A DNA stretch of 64,000 nt from Vicugna vicugna (taxonomy: Eukaryota). The number at the start of each line of letters is the position of its first letter. Position 1 is the first letter of the stretch. A program made the translations under genes and the position numbers. The stretch spans positions 2,852,001 through 2,916,000 of the forward strand of contig MU058000.1 in assembly GCA_013265495.1 (NCBI GenBank), in the 5' to 3' direction. Shown here piece by piece: positions 12,511 through 25,534 of the stretch. The notes under the pieces were generated by a model. The model was not told where the DNA came from. It saw only the letters and a program-made list of their open reading frames with translations, and searched no databases.

Positions 12511-15269
12511 TGCATCACCTCCATTTCCATCATTAGTCCTCCCAGCCCGTTTGATTCCTACCCCCCTGGATAATCTCCCATTTGATTCTTTTTATAAACA
12601 GGAGGAAAGAGGAAATCAAAGGCTTTCCAGAATGTTCGTCCGATGTTAACGCAATTCCCAGGGCAACGTTCGTTGAACTCGGGCCTGTGTGAATGCCTGA
12701 CCATGGACAAGTCCGATGATAATTTTGTATTTCCGTTTCCACCTAGGTAAAATTGGAACAACATCTTTGTTTGTAGTATAGGAATTAAAGAAAATAAGAT
12801 AACTTGAAACCAACCACCACCGAGCCTTAAAGTTTGCTTATTTCTTAGTATTTTTAACTGGTAAAATCAGTGAAGAAGTTTAAGACGTTGTCTTTCTGTA
12901 TCCACATGTGTTAATGTACTTCCAACTGTTCTTTTAACGTCAATAACCATTTATATGGTTGCTCCTTAACTTTCCCATGATTAACTACTTTTTGTCTAAC
13001 TTTGGTACAGGTGAAAATTATCTATTTTTTTAACTACTTCATATTTTACACATGTTGGTCTTCTTTTTAGATCATTAATCCACATGAATTAACACTCATC
13101 TAAGTATCTCTATGATATTTTCCCTTAGAGTTCTTGGTAGTTATTGCTCTTGTCTGCAAATCCTTCAGAAAGATTATTTTCCAGATTCTGTAGCCATAGA
13201 AACAATAATTAAATTTTCTTTTTAAATTGGAAGAATCTCACTCTGCATATCTTACGTGTCTGTAAAGATTGGCTTTAATCTATCTTTCCATTTATTTCTA
13301 ATATTGTAACAAAACACTTGGCAAACAATTTGATCAGTAGATGGCTTACTACTGGTAAAATTTCAGTGCAGAATTCAGCTGTTCTGTGATTTTTTTCTTT
13401 TGCACTTGGAGTGAGTACTTTGCTATATACTTTCAAAGATTAGCTACCAATCTAGCCTACTTTTACGTGCAACGTTCACAGAATAGCAGGCTGACATTCT
13501 CATCTTTTTCTAGTAGAAAACTAAGAGATAAAGCCAACCAAGATGCCTTTCTTTGTTAACATCTCTACTGTGACACTAGCCCACATAGAAAGATTCTGTC
13601 CTTGGCCCGCCTTATTCCCTTACTTGTCCAGTCATTGACCTCCCCTCCATATCCCCACCTCCATAACTAGCCCTCCAGCCCTCCAGATAATTAAGTACCA
13701 CTGTCTAGTGTTATCGATTTCCCTGAAGTGACCTGGATGTTTTTTTTTTCCCTCCAGGCAATAAAATAAAATTATAATTGGGATTTTCCATAACATATGA
13801 TTGCAAAGTGAAAATGGTCACAAGTATTCACCTCATTTTTCGTCCCTAAAAGGTGAACTGCTCATATTTCTATACTTTATTTCCATTTTCATCAGAATAT
13901 TTAGTATTGAATAACTGCAGTCCAAATCCTATTTCTCTCTGATTCTTTCTTCCTCTCTCTTCTTCTATTAATTTTCTTCTTCTTCTCTCTTGTGAGAGTG
14001 TGTGTTGGTTTGCATGTGTGTGCGTTCATGTATATTTTGATCATGGCAACACAAAGATTCTCTAGATTCCCTAAATTAAAATAGATTCAAGCATAATGAA
14101 CTGATGTCCATCCCTGAATCTTTTTATTAAAGCATATTATGTACTTTGTATTATTGAAATGTTTTTATTTGTATTGCGAAATTTCTTGAGTTAAGTGCTG
14201 ATCCCCATACTTCATTCAGAACAGTATAGACCAGCATGTAGTAGGAGGAATTGGAATGTACTATATGTAAAGGGATTAAACATTTTTCAAAGTGCCAAAA
14301 ACTCATATAATCTCTCCTAAACTATAGTTGGAGATTTCTTTTTGTTTCCAAATTAACTCTCATTTAAAAAACCTAGCAAGGAAATTCCAAAATACCCATT
14401 TATCCACTAGTCTTTCTGGAAGAGGATTAAGAGTCTGAAGGAAATAAATGAAATTTAGTCAGCTCCATAAAAGGACGTAGCTTGGATTTTGTTTTCACAG
14501 CATAACACCACGAAAACAAAGATAATCATTTCATCTCACAAACTTTCTTTAAAAGAACAGCCTAAAATTTTTTTTTCACTTTACTAAACCATTATAAAAG
14601 GTGTTTCAACCTGCAGGACCTCCTCATTTCTGTTATAAATCACCTAGAGCTGGAGATTGTCTGAGCCTAAAAGAATACTTTAAGCAGCAAAGCCAGACAT
14701 TTCTTACTCGATTTCCTGAAAACTCAGACTTCACTAAGGTTTGGCTTTCCCCCCTTCCAGCCTGGTGAAATTCCAAAGCTTTTAGATTTATATCTCTCAC
14801 TGAAGGCAAAGTAGCAGCATATCAGATTTTTCTTCTCTAGAGAAGAACAGTTTCTAATTAGGGGCTTTGCAACTATAAACCACTTGGAAAAATATTTAGG
14901 CCAACTCCTACATTTGGCATTTTTCCTTCAGTTGAGATCAGGCTTCCTCACTTTAGGTGAATAAACACTATCTCTGCTCATAAGTGAAGGCTCTGCTCCA
15001 AGCCCTGGGACTGCCAACTCCCTGCACTATAAAATGTGACCCCAGTCATACTCTTCCCAGCAATGCTTTGCTATCTGATCAGATTTTCCCATATGTGTTA
15101 GGATCGTCAACAGAGACATATATCTCAATTCTGGCCCTCTACGCTTATCTGTCTTATCTGGAAATATGGAAAGCCTCATAGTTTATCCTCATCTGTGGTT
15201 TAATATTTTTCTTGAAAAAGTCAGTAGTGTGTATAGATGTAGAAAAGACTTCATGGGTTTAGAGAAGCG

Positions 15270-15520
15270 ATAATGATAATAATAGCTGACATTTACCGAT
15301 CGCTTTCCCTCTGCCAGCCACTTGATTAAGTGTGGTACAGCAATCTAGCTTTAATTTGAATCCACCTAACAGACCTCTAAATTACATGTTATCCTTCTCA
15401 TTTTCTTGAGGGGAAAACTTGGATTTAGAGAGTTTAGGGATTTCAGCAAAAGAAAGATAGAATGGGAATTCAAATGCAGATTGATTTGGTCAGAAGATTT
15501 GACCTTAACTATTACACCAT
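15270..15520 (-). mobile_element. MIR SINE, near full length
   Basis: ATAATAATAGCTGACATTTACCG...CTCATTTTCTTGAGGGGAAAACTTGGATTTAGAGAGTTTAGG...GGGAATTCAAATGCAG...CCTTAACTATTACACC. Confidence 0.75.
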
Positions 15521-16452
15521 GTTCCCTTCCAATGATTGAACTGTAAATGTACTTGCTTTATAATGTCTGAGATTGTGTGGACTCAGCATTGGTCAACCTA
15601 AAAGCGAAGAATAAAAGAAAGAAAAGGAACACTAACTAATTTTGAAAAATATTGCCCTCACTGACACTGAACCCATCTACAAAGCCAAAAGCAGTCGCTG
15701 AAGGAAAATTATTAGTAGACTTTAACTTGGGAATGTTTCATCGAATTCCATGGAGAATCGTGGAATGTACTCCACATTAAAAAAAAAAATACAAGATGAC
15801 CACTTTATAAGACAGTATCAGTAAACAAAATATTTCAAATTATTTTAAGAATATCTGACACAATATTAAGGTTTACAGTCATCCTGTGTTTTTCTGCCAA
15901 ATGCATAGTGAAACATACAGTGGGAAACTATCTCCTCACCTCTATGCAAATACCAAAAAGAAGTTTCAAATTAGCAAGAAAAATAATCTATTTTTAAAAA
16001 GTTACCTTCAAAGGAACCGTTTATATGAAACCAACATTACATTGTTTAGCAGCATACAGGCTCAAAAGAATAGTTTCTGAATCACTGTTTTTCTAGGTGG
16101 TGAGTTTTCCACCCCAGTCTCTTAACTAGAACAGAATACTCAAGAAATGATAGAAATGTTCTTAGTCTTTTTCTCTTTACAATTTTCATCTTAGCTTTGA
16201 ACTTTTCTATTATTTTCTTTGAAAACTTTAAGATCCATTAAAAAGCGTTTGATATCATAAGCACTTAGCAGCTATAAAAAGTGAAATTTTCTCTATCCAT
16301 CAACTCAGTATACAAAACACTATCACCCATTAGAAAATCACCAAAAAGAGCAGATAAAGGCAAATCCACTTCCAAGATGGGATCCAGGCAACCAAAAGTC
16401 ACAACTGTACACCGAAGTCACAACGGACTGACCAATGCCCACTGTCAACTTC

Positions 16453-17002
16453 CTGTAAAGGTCACCAGAGTAACCAGTTGATCAAACAGACCTGAATCAA
16501 GCAGAGCTGAATTTATTACTCACTAAAGTAACAGAAAACCCAAAAATAAAGTGTTTCCTAAAGCAAAGGAGAGATGCTTAAGGGAGCCTTAGTGACTTCT
16601 CAACAGAGAGGAATAAATATTTATAGGCTTTTAGGGTCTGTGTTCTGTTATTTCAAGGAAGGTTCTTCAGTTCAGAGATATGATTGGAATTGGTCAATAT
16701 TCTTGATAAAAGAGTATAGAACTGATGGACACACCAAGGTGAAGGTTGAAGAGTGATATCATATGTAATCATTTGCCCAGTGGAGAATCTTTTGTCTTTA
16801 GAAGTGGATTGTTTACCTGGATGAACAATAGGTTGTCCTGAAAAGGAGGCTAGTTGAGTAGAGTATAATTCAGGTAAAAATATTTTCAGGAAGTTGTTAA
16901 AGTAACCAATGAAATTATTGTTTTAGGAAGTATTTTGCAGTTTTATCTTTTTGGATAAAAAATTCCAGGAACATATGGTAAAATCATGCATTGTAAGGGA
17001 GC
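16453..17002 (-). mobile_element. Retroviral-type solo LTR, family unassigned; probably resumes at ~17359-17425 after the MLT1A insertion
   Basis: On the minus strand, CCAAT boxes (~16683-16694), CTATAAATA (~16618-16626), AATAAA (~16512-16517) and a terminal ACA occur in canonical U3-R-U5 order. Confidence 0.5.
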
Positions 17003-17358
17003 TATCTTAGTCAATTCTGATTGCTGTAACAAAAATACCATACACTGGGTGGCTTAAACAGAGATTCCTCACCTATGGCTCCGGAGGCTGAGAAGTCCAA
17101 GATCAAGGTGCTGGTGGATTTGGTCCCTGGTGGGAGCCCTCTTCCTGGTTTGTAGGCAGAAGCCTTCTTGCTTTATCCTCACATGGTGCGGGGAGAGATC
17201 ATCTCTTTCCCCTCTCTTCTTATAAGGGCACTAATCCCATTCCTGAGGGCTCCACCTCATGACCTAATCACCTCCCAAAAGCCTACCTTCAAACACCATG
17301 ACCTTGAGGACTGGGGTTTCAACATCTGAAGTTCTGGGGGATACAAACCCCCGCAGCA
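17003..17358 (-). mobile_element. MaLR solo LTR (MLT1A/A0-like)
   Basis: TCTTAGTC...GCTGTAACAAAAATACCATACACTGGGTGGCTTAAAC...GAAGTCCAAGATCAAGGTGCTGG...TATAAGGGCACTAATCCCATTC..GAGGGCTCCACCTCATGACCTAATCACCTCCCAAA. Confidence 0.9.
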
Positions 17359-17420
17359 AGGCCCATAGCATGGCTTTAGTTGTTAGTCTGAGAGCTAAGT
17401 TAAAGGAATACAAGTCTTGC

Positions 17421-17643
17421 TTCTCAACCTAATATCTAATAACAACTATCAGTATTTTCACATTTTAAATAAGATTAAAGCTAGGCTCCTCCCCAAAGTA
17501 AAAAAGAATATAAAAAAATTCTGATAATTTTCTCAACCTAATGTCTAATAACAACTATAAATATTTTCACATTTTAAACATCTTAAAGATTAAAGCCAGA
17601 CTCCTCCCCAAAGTAAAAAAGAATGTGAAAAAATTCTGATAAT
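17421..17643. repeat. Two-copy tandem duplication, ~110 bp unit
   Basis: TTCTCAACCTAAT...CTCCTCCCCAAAGTAAAAAAGAAT...AAAAATTCTGATAAT at 17421-17528 and 17530-17643; copy 2 has a small insertion. Confidence 0.95.
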
Positions 17644-17653
17644 AACAACAAAT

Positions 17654-17696
17654 ATTGTAAAATGACTATAACTCAATAAAAAATGTTAAGAAAAAC
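17654..17696 (+). mobile_element. Very short L1 3' tail with target-site duplication
   Basis: ATTGTAAAATGACTATAACTCAATAAAAAATGTTAA, identical to the tail at 30722-30757; flanked by CAAATATT at 17649-17656 and 17697-17704. Confidence 0.8.
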
Positions 17697-17760
17697 CAAA
17701 TATTTGTTGACTTTTAACTAGTCATCACAAAAAATAGGATAAGTACTATTAGAGTCTTCA

Positions 17761-17972
17761 TTTTTTTAAATTATAGTCAGTTACAACATGTCAGTTTCTC
17801 GTGCACAGCATAATGTGTCAGTCATGCATATACATACATATATTTGTTTTCCTATTATTTCCATTAAATGTTATTACAAGATATTGAATATAGTTTCCTG
17901 TGCTATACAGAAGAAATTTGTTTTTTATCTATTTTTATATATAGTGGTTAACCTTTGCAAATCTCAAACTCT
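17761..17972 (-). mobile_element. 5'-truncated L1 3' end with TSD
   Basis: Antisense L1 tail (ATAGTCAGTTACAAC...CAGTCATGCATATACAT...ACAAGATATTGAATATAGTTTCCTGTGCTATACAG); TCTTCATTT duplicated at 17755-17763 and 17973-17981. Confidence 0.85.
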
Positions 17973-20289
17973 TCTTCATTTAAAAAAAATGAAAGATCTG
18001 AATCCCAGAACAGTTAAATAATGAGCTCAGAGTTACCAGCTAGAAAGTTCCAGAACCAGAATTATATCTGAGATGTCTGGCTACTGGCTCTGGTCTACAC
18101 ATCCACCTATACATCACCTATACACTAAAAACAACACCAACTCTAAAGACAAATGAGACATGGCTTTGTGAAAAGAATATTTAAGGGTTCACTGTGTTGA
18201 TTTAATATCAGGAAGGGATATTTTAAGATTAGTTTATTATATAAATAAATTCTGCTGCAATTCTTCTAATGGAAATATATTCTGACCTTTTTTTTTTTTG
18301 CCAATAGGTTTCAATTTAGCTCTTTATTATTCTTGAGAATCTACATTAAAGACAATTGATAAATAATTAATTGTGTTATAAAGAGATAAGTTAAAGCATT
18401 GTCAACAATGCCAAACTTAAAATCAAATTTCACTTCTCTGGCAACGTGGCTGTCATTTTTTTGTTTCGGGGGTATTTGGTTTAAGTGAAAGACCCCAGGG
18501 TCTGCCTACCCCATTTGTTCTTAACTGTTCTATGGTGATGGTGGGGATCAGGAGAGCAGGTGTGTGCAACAATCACAACTCCTTGCCATGCATACTTTAT
18601 AAAAGATAAAATAAAGATTAGCAATTGAACATTCAAATTGTTTTATTAGCCAAATTATCCAATTGCCAAGTTAGCAGTTGATCATCCTATCAGGACCAAT
18701 CCAAAGCAATATAGAATATTTATCGACACCAAAGAGTCCTTCACAAAAATGTGAGGAGTCTAACTATGTGCATCTAAGAATTTTGAGGTAGCTGAATTTC
18801 ATCAAAGAACAGTGAATTTGAGATTTCATTACTCTTGCGTAAGTTAAAAGTTTAATTTCATAATTCAGGAAGCTACTCGTAAAAAACTATTAAGCACATA
18901 TAAAATAAACACCTTTATTCTTTGTGTCATTTTCTCACAATATGAAAGATGACTTTTTAATTTTTTTATATCAGTTAAGTTCATCCAGCTAACCTCCAAC
19001 CACATTTTGAGAAGCCTGGTTGAAAAGGTATCACAAAAGAAAAACAGTGATAAAAATAAAAATGGAAATTTCAGGATTATGGGGGAATTGAATATGAATC
19101 ATTGACATCTAGTAGGCAAGATGAAGACAGTTGGACTTCATGGAGAATTTTAAAGGGAAAATGTTAGAAATGTAAAGAGAAATGGAGAAGTAATGTTTCG
19201 TTTTGTTTTTTTCCCTAGGTAATACATGTTATCACATTTCTGGTCTCTTATAACTAACAATTGCAGCTTAAAAAAACAAAGAAAGCACATTCACTCAAAC
19301 CTAAGTTACCTGTGAAAAGCAGAAAATTCAACCAGCCAATTAGATTCAGATACATGATTCATTCTCCTACAAACTGTGTCTATATCATCTTTAGCTTGCA
19401 GACATAACCAATCACAACATAAGAACAGCACAAAACATTAGGTTAACCCAACTGACTGAATTGTGACTGATAAATTCAATCAAAATAATTGACTAGTATC
19501 TTCAAGTCAACAAACCATAATTAATTTGTATTCTTTTTACACCTTCTATAAATGTAATTAGATCAAATGCTTTTGCTTGAAGGCAAAAAGCTATATAGTT
19601 GGCCATTAACTAGAAATTGGATTTGATGAATATCTCTGACTATTACTATTAGTAAATGGAAAGGTAAGTTTAAGCATCAAGTGGGTAGTAATTCATGAGA
19701 TACATTGACAATCATATTGTAAATAATTATGAATTCTGTTCTTGCTCTATCAAAATATAAAAATTACTGAAGGAAGTGGAAATCTGAATCTAAAATATCA
19801 CTTGTCATTCTCCAATTTTTCAGTGACAACATGTGTAGAGTACTATTTTTTTCAAAAAATTAGTGTACATTTGTTTGTAGTAATTAAAAATAGTAAAGTA
19901 GCTGAAAAACACACAATATAACAATATAGCATAGAAGGTTTATTTGAACATGCGTAGGTACTGAAGAAAACGATGGGACATGCCATTTCTTGCATAGGAA
20001 CATATTGAAACTACATCCCAAACACATTAAGTTGAAAGTAAATTAGTTCATGTGGCTGGGTTTATCAACTAGCCCCTATCAGGCAATATCAGCAAAAGAT
20101 AAAAAAATTGTACAGCTTGTGATGAATGAATGTGCTCGATGTAGTTTTTGGGAGGTTAAGATGATAATTTAAAGAAATCCATACATTAATTTCATGTTTT
20201 TTCAATACCTGTTATCAACCCGAGAGAAAAAAGAAGTACAGAATAAACTCTTTGTGTCTCCTTCTCCTTTTCCCTCCATTCCCAATCTG

Positions 20290-20657
20290 TACTCTAGGTT
20301 TTCCATCCATGCCAGGCCTATCAGGATAAATGAAACTCAGTTCTGGGGTTTTTCTTGAGCTACTGAAGAAGACAGCTTTCTCTTCTCTGCTGACTGTGAA
20401 TGAAGTAGAGTACAGTCCTGGGTTTGGTTGGGGCAAGAAAGCCTGCTTGAGCAGCGAGAGAGCACAGAGGAAGACAAGCCGAAAGGGAAGGAAAGAAACG
20501 AGGTCCCTCTCACACCACTTAAGCCCTGGATTAAGGCTTACTTCAAGCTAAAGGCAGTTCTGGAATGTTCATTTGCATAGAATAGAATCTGTTTTTTCTT
20601 ATTATTTTTAATTAAAATTTTCTGTTACAAACAATAAATGCTATCCTGACTGATACA
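20290..20657 (+). mobile_element. Old MaLR LTR (MLT1K/L-like)
   Basis: CACAGAGGAAGACAAGCCGA...TTAAGCCCTGGATTAAG...TTTTCTGTTAC...ATCCTGACTGATACA terminus. Confidence 0.6.
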
Positions 20658-20751
20658 TAATGATTCATTATCTGAATCAATCTTTCAGAAATGATGGATC
20701 ATGGAAATTAGATGTTTAAAGTCCATATTTGATTAACTTTTTCTCTGTGTG

Positions 20752-21110
20752 TGTTATGAACTGTAAGCGTCCTCCCAAAATTTATACGTTGAAATCATAA
20801 TCCCCAATGTGATCGTATTAGGAGGTGGTGCCTTTGGCAGGTGATTTGGTCATGAGGGTGAACCCCTTATGAATGGAATTAGTAGCCTTACAAAGAGACT
20901 CCAAAAAGTCCCCCTGGCCCTCTGCCAGGTGGGGACACAGGAAGAAAAGAGGCCATTTATAAACCAGAAAGCAGGTTCTCACCTGGACACCAAATCTGCT
21001 GGTACCTTGACTGTTGACCTCCATCCTCCAGAACTGTGAGAAAGACATTTCTGTTGTTAAGCCACCCAGTGCCTGGTATTTTTTCATAGCAATCTAAATG
21101 GACTAAGACA
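20752..21110 (+). mobile_element. MaLR solo LTR (MLT1A/A0-like), full length
   Basis: TGTTATG...CCCAAAATTTATACGTTGAAATC..AATCCCCAATGTGAT.GTATTAGGAGGTGG...CCTCCAGAACTGTGAGAAA...GTTAAGCCACCCAGT...GGACTAAGACA. Confidence 0.9.
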
Positions 21111-21159
21111 ATGTATTTAATTCCTGTTCTTCTTATGGTCTTCTGTATAACAATGCCAT

Positions 21160-21400
21160 TATATAATTTTAGAGAGAGGCCAGGTCAGCCTCACCAAAAA
21201 GATGATTTATGCAAAAAACAAAAGGGAGCAAGAGTTGGCCGTGATACCTGGAAAAGACTATGTCAGGAGCAAGGAGCAGCGTACGCAGTGGGTTTCAGGT
21301 GGCTTGTGGCATTGATGGCTCTGAGATTAGAGGAGCCTAGAGTTGCAGCAGTGTAAAGGAAGAGTAAGAAGTAACAGGAGGCCCAATGGCACAGAAATAA
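21160..21400 (-). mobile_element. LINE-2 remnant
   Basis: Purine-rich antisense L2-like tract (GGTCAGCCTCACC...GATACCTGGAAAAGAC...CAGGAGCAAGGAGCAGC). Confidence 0.45.
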
Positions 21401-22519
21401 TCAACATTCAGGTAACATCCACCCCTTAAGCAAAATTATTAAACACTGGAGTCATTAAGGGTCAAAGTAAGATGATTCAAGTAAAGTCAGATACTTATAA
21501 ATCCGATTCTTGGGGAGAAAGCAAGGGAGCTGGCTCCAATAAACTAGAACTGATATCAGGAATTCAATTTCCCTCAGATATGTTACGGAGAGTCAATTGC
21601 CATATGCAAGTCAGTCACTTTGCTAGGACAAAAAATGCTCAGTCAGGTCGTCAAGTCAATTTCAAGGGTGATTTTAGTATTTCAAAGCAAGGGCAAGCAT
21701 TTAGGTATGCTGAGAAAAGCCATAAGGGAGGTTGTAAATAGTCAAATTCTATAAACGTAGACGGGAGAAAAGATAATGAATGAGGCCATCAAAAATTTGG
21801 TTGCTAAATATATTCTACCTGCCTCTGACATGAATTATTAACCTGTATGCTATTTCTACCCATTTCTTTACAGGATATTGATGGTAGAATTGAGAGGAAA
21901 AATGTATAAATGTACCCTCACATTTTTCAGATTACAATCAGTGTAGACATTCCATGAAATGAATATGTTCCCTGAGATCACTCAGTATCTCAATAGAATC
22001 GAGTGCAGATGGCATTGATTTGACAGGAAGGAAAATGAAAGGAGCATATAGAACTTTAGTATCTTTGAACTTGGCAATCTCTCCAATATTCATCTCTTTC
22101 TTGATATAGTCCTTTCAGATGAGCCACCAAAAAGCATAAATGGAGACAGTGGGACACAGACAAACTTCACAAAGCAATCAACTGTAAAATTTCCAAAGCA
22201 GGGAGGTAGGAAAAAAGTGATGCAATGTGTTATAAAGTGGTATCAATTATGTGTCAGATAAAACTAATCCAATAAACAGATCAATTGCAAAAAGCAGTTA
22301 CTTGTATGAGTAATGCCTGTGATGAGGACATGAAATGGAAGATGAAGACATTTAATAAATAACCAATTTTAGGCTTGGAGAAGGTGAGGAAGACATTTAT
22401 ATAGAGACACATGAATCATAAAGAGTGAAGCAATTTGAATTGTGTCAATTAGTAACATGAGATTTTTAAAAATTACTAGTAGACTTGAAATTATCCAGTC
22501 TTATAATGAATTCTCTCGC

Positions 22520-22880
22520 TTAGGCATATGGTATCATTGGCTTTTCAACACCTGTAGAGTAGACACAACAACAGGCTGATTTGACTGAGAAAATTAGGCA
22601 GGAGTGGTATGCCCTATTTCTTTAAGAACTTAATTGTGGCTTTTAAGAAATAGCACAATGTGCCATGTTTCTCTCTCCTCTTTTCTTTCACAGTTACCAC
22701 CAACACTCGGGACTGTGGTCCCTTCATCAGCCTGCATCCCAGAACGAAGACCACAGGGAGAAGAGCAAGCACCAACCTGTACTGGAAAAGTAAGAGGAAG
22801 AAAAGTCACCTTGGCTAATTTAGGCCACTGATGCTCTAGGGATATGTGTTACTGCAGCATAACCTTGTCTTATTCTGACA
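22520..22880 (+). mobile_element. Old MaLR LTR (MLT1I/J-like)
   Basis: CATCAGCCTGCATCCCAGA...TTAGGCCACTGATGCTCTAGGGATATGTGTTACTGCAGCATAACCTTGTCTTATTCTGAC. Confidence 0.7.
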
Positions 22881-23048
22881 TGGAAAACAATGTACTCATC
22901 AAAAGCTGACCACTTCCTTGTATTACAGCAATTTTGATTGCAAAATATAAGATAAAGAAGAGTACCTAAAAATAAAAATAAATTTGTCTCCTACGATGAC
23001 CATGCCTTGATTTAATAAATACATCTTTTCACCTGGGTTAGTGTATAT

Positions 23049-23108
23049 CACACACACACACACACACACATGCACATACACACACACAAACACACACACA
23101 CATACACA
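23049..23108. repeat. (CA)n microsatellite, interrupted
   Basis: CACACACACACACACACACACATGCACATACACACACACAAACACACACACACATACACA. Confidence 0.95.
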
Positions 23109-24501
23109 GAATAGCAGTGAAAACAGAAAAACTGAAAGAATAATTCTCCCAGTGATGGTTCTTTTATTAAAGAAGTGAAGTGAAGGATCATGAGTAATGC
23201 CTGTTATCAAAGAAAGAAATTAGATTTAGTGTCAGGGATATTAGGATTGTCACTGAATGCAGCCCAAAGTTTTATATATTAAAAAAAAAAATCAAAAAGA
23301 AAGGAAGAATGAAAGAAAGAAAAAAAGATTCCCTGAACAAATGTTTCTGTCTGGTTTTTGTTTTATGTACTAGTTCTCTCAAATATCAAGGTTACTGCTT
23401 TCTTTCTCCAATATTTATGGAAAATTCATACAGTTCTAGCTGCAAAGCTGTAAAAATTTGAAAACATAATATAAAACTTCTCAGGTCTCGGTATCTTTAA
23501 GATAAACACACAGAGCTAAACCGGTTAGAATAGCAAGTTTTGTAGTGTTGAGAGAGAATATATCTGCATTGCTCTAATGAAAGATAAAATAGATGCATCA
23601 TATAATTTTCCTAACACTAGGGATAAAATAAGGTACTGACATTCCCAGAGCAGACAAAGCAAAACTTCAGTCCTAGAGTTTATAGGCAGTCGTCCTAGCC
23701 GTTGTCCTTTGGAACTCATGAAAATATATTTTAACTGATAACATGGAAGAAAATAGCTTTTTCCTCATAAAACATTTTAAGAGTTTCATTAGAGAAAAAG
23801 ATGTCAGAGAGAGACTGTGATTGGCAGACAGAATCTTCCCTTCTATGTCCCTCTTGGCCCAGGAACTAAGACATTAACTGCTAGGGATGGTTTATTATAT
23901 TTAACTTAACAATTTATAATGATCCCCAATTTTTCCTACTTTTCCAAATCTAACCTGGGAAATTTTAATCAAATTTCTTTGAAGAAACTCAGGAACAACT
24001 ATAAATAGACATGAGAAATATAATACCTTTTTGTCTTTTAAATTTTGCCAGGATGAGATAAGAATTCAATGACTTGATGAGTTAATGTCAAATAAAACTT
24101 GTCAACTTGAAAATTCTTAAGATCTATCACTTTTTTTTTCTCATGAGTTATAATTTTTAAAACTAACCTTGTTACCAAGATGAATAGAAGAAAAGTGTGG
24201 GCATTATGTATATATGATATCAATAATTACTGTGTTCAGTGGTTAGAGATAGAGTTTTCTTTAAAAAATATATTAGAACTGGGTAAATGATCATTAAAGA
24301 AGTAGTTCTCCTAACTTTTATTTGCAGTGTATACAGTGAGGAAACTTAAGTCTGATTATTTCATACTAAGGGAGACAGCTTGATTCTTGCAAATGTCTTA
24401 AACACTCTCTCTCTGGTTCTCTTTGTTGCTGCTCTTGGTTACTTTTTTACAAAAAAAGCAGAATTTGTTTATAAATTTACATTAAGGTACAATTTGCATA
24501 T

Positions 24502-24968
24502 TGCTGTAGGCAGAATAATGTCCTCACAAAGATGTCCACTTTCTAAATCCTAAAATCTGTGAATATATTACTTTAACATGGCAAAAGGAAATTTGTGGTT
24601 ATGGTTAAATTAATGATCTTGAGATGGGGAAATTTACTGTAATTAGCTAGGTGGAGGTACTATAACCACAAAGATCCTTACAAGAAAGAGAAGCAGGAGG
24701 GTCAGAGACAGAGAGAAGAAGTGATGCAAAAAAGGGAGCAGAGGCCATAGTGACGCAGCCATGAGCCAAGGAACGCGTCCAATCTCTAGAAGTTTAAGAA
24801 GGCAAAGAACAGATTCTCCCTTAGAGCCTCCAGAAGGAATACAGTCTTTGAGCCCCACAAAGAGCATTTCGGAATTCAGAACTTCAGACCATAAGATAAT
24901 ACATTTGTGTTGCTTTGAGTCCCTAAATTTATAATAGATTTTTACAACAGCAGCAGGGAACCAATACA
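24502..24968 (+). mobile_element. MaLR solo LTR (MLT1C/D-like), full length
   Basis: TGCTGTAGGCAGAATAATG...CAAAGATGTCCAC...GGCAAAGAACAGATTCTCCCTTAGAGCCTCCAGAAGGAA...CAGCAGGGAACCAATACA; flanked by CATAT/CATAC (5-bp TSD, one mismatch). Confidence 0.9.
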
Positions 24969-24989
24969 CATACAGCAAAAATACTGTCA

Positions 24990-25530
24990 TGAACCACCAT
25001 GCAAAAATGCAAATAAAAAAATCTAAACTGGAAATTTTAATGATTATTATAGAAACAATGCATGAAATAAGAAATAGATTAGATATAGCTGAAGAAAGCA
25101 TTAGAAAAGATGAACTTGAAAAAATACTTTGGAATGCAACAAGGAAACACAGAAAATATAAAAACAAGTTAACAAACAAGAAAGGTAGGGTAGTACATAG
25201 AAGCTATACAGAGTTCCAGAAGGAGAAATAGAGAATGAGGGGGGAAAACTAGTATTTTTAATGACAATGGCTGATAATTTTGCCAGTGAAAATTATACAT
25301 TCAGGAATTCAGTTACATTTAAGCTTTACAGATAAACAAAAATCCTCACCTAAACTTATATTATAGGATTGGCAGAACTTTAGTGATAAAGAGCAGACCT
25401 TAAAAGTAGAACAAAAAGAAAGATGATCTCTAAAAGAATGACAGGCTGACAACTTTTTTTTTAATAAAAGCCAAAATAGAAACCAAAGGATGGTGGATTC
25501 ATATCTTTAAAGTATGAGAAAGACAATAAC
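24990..25530 (+). mobile_element. Ancient L1 ORF1 remnant
   Basis: Track ORF 24989-25231 contains EIRNRLDIAEESIR, like the L1 ORF1 coiled coil (NSRLDTAEERIS); A-rich and frameshifted. Confidence 0.75.
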
Positions 25531-25534
25531 TATA

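Noticed and set aside
24643..25179. Longest ORF in the track (178 aa, minus strand, hydrophobic)
   Set aside because: Antisense read-through of an A-rich L1 ORF1 remnant and an MLT1 LTR; the hydrophobicity reflects T-richness.
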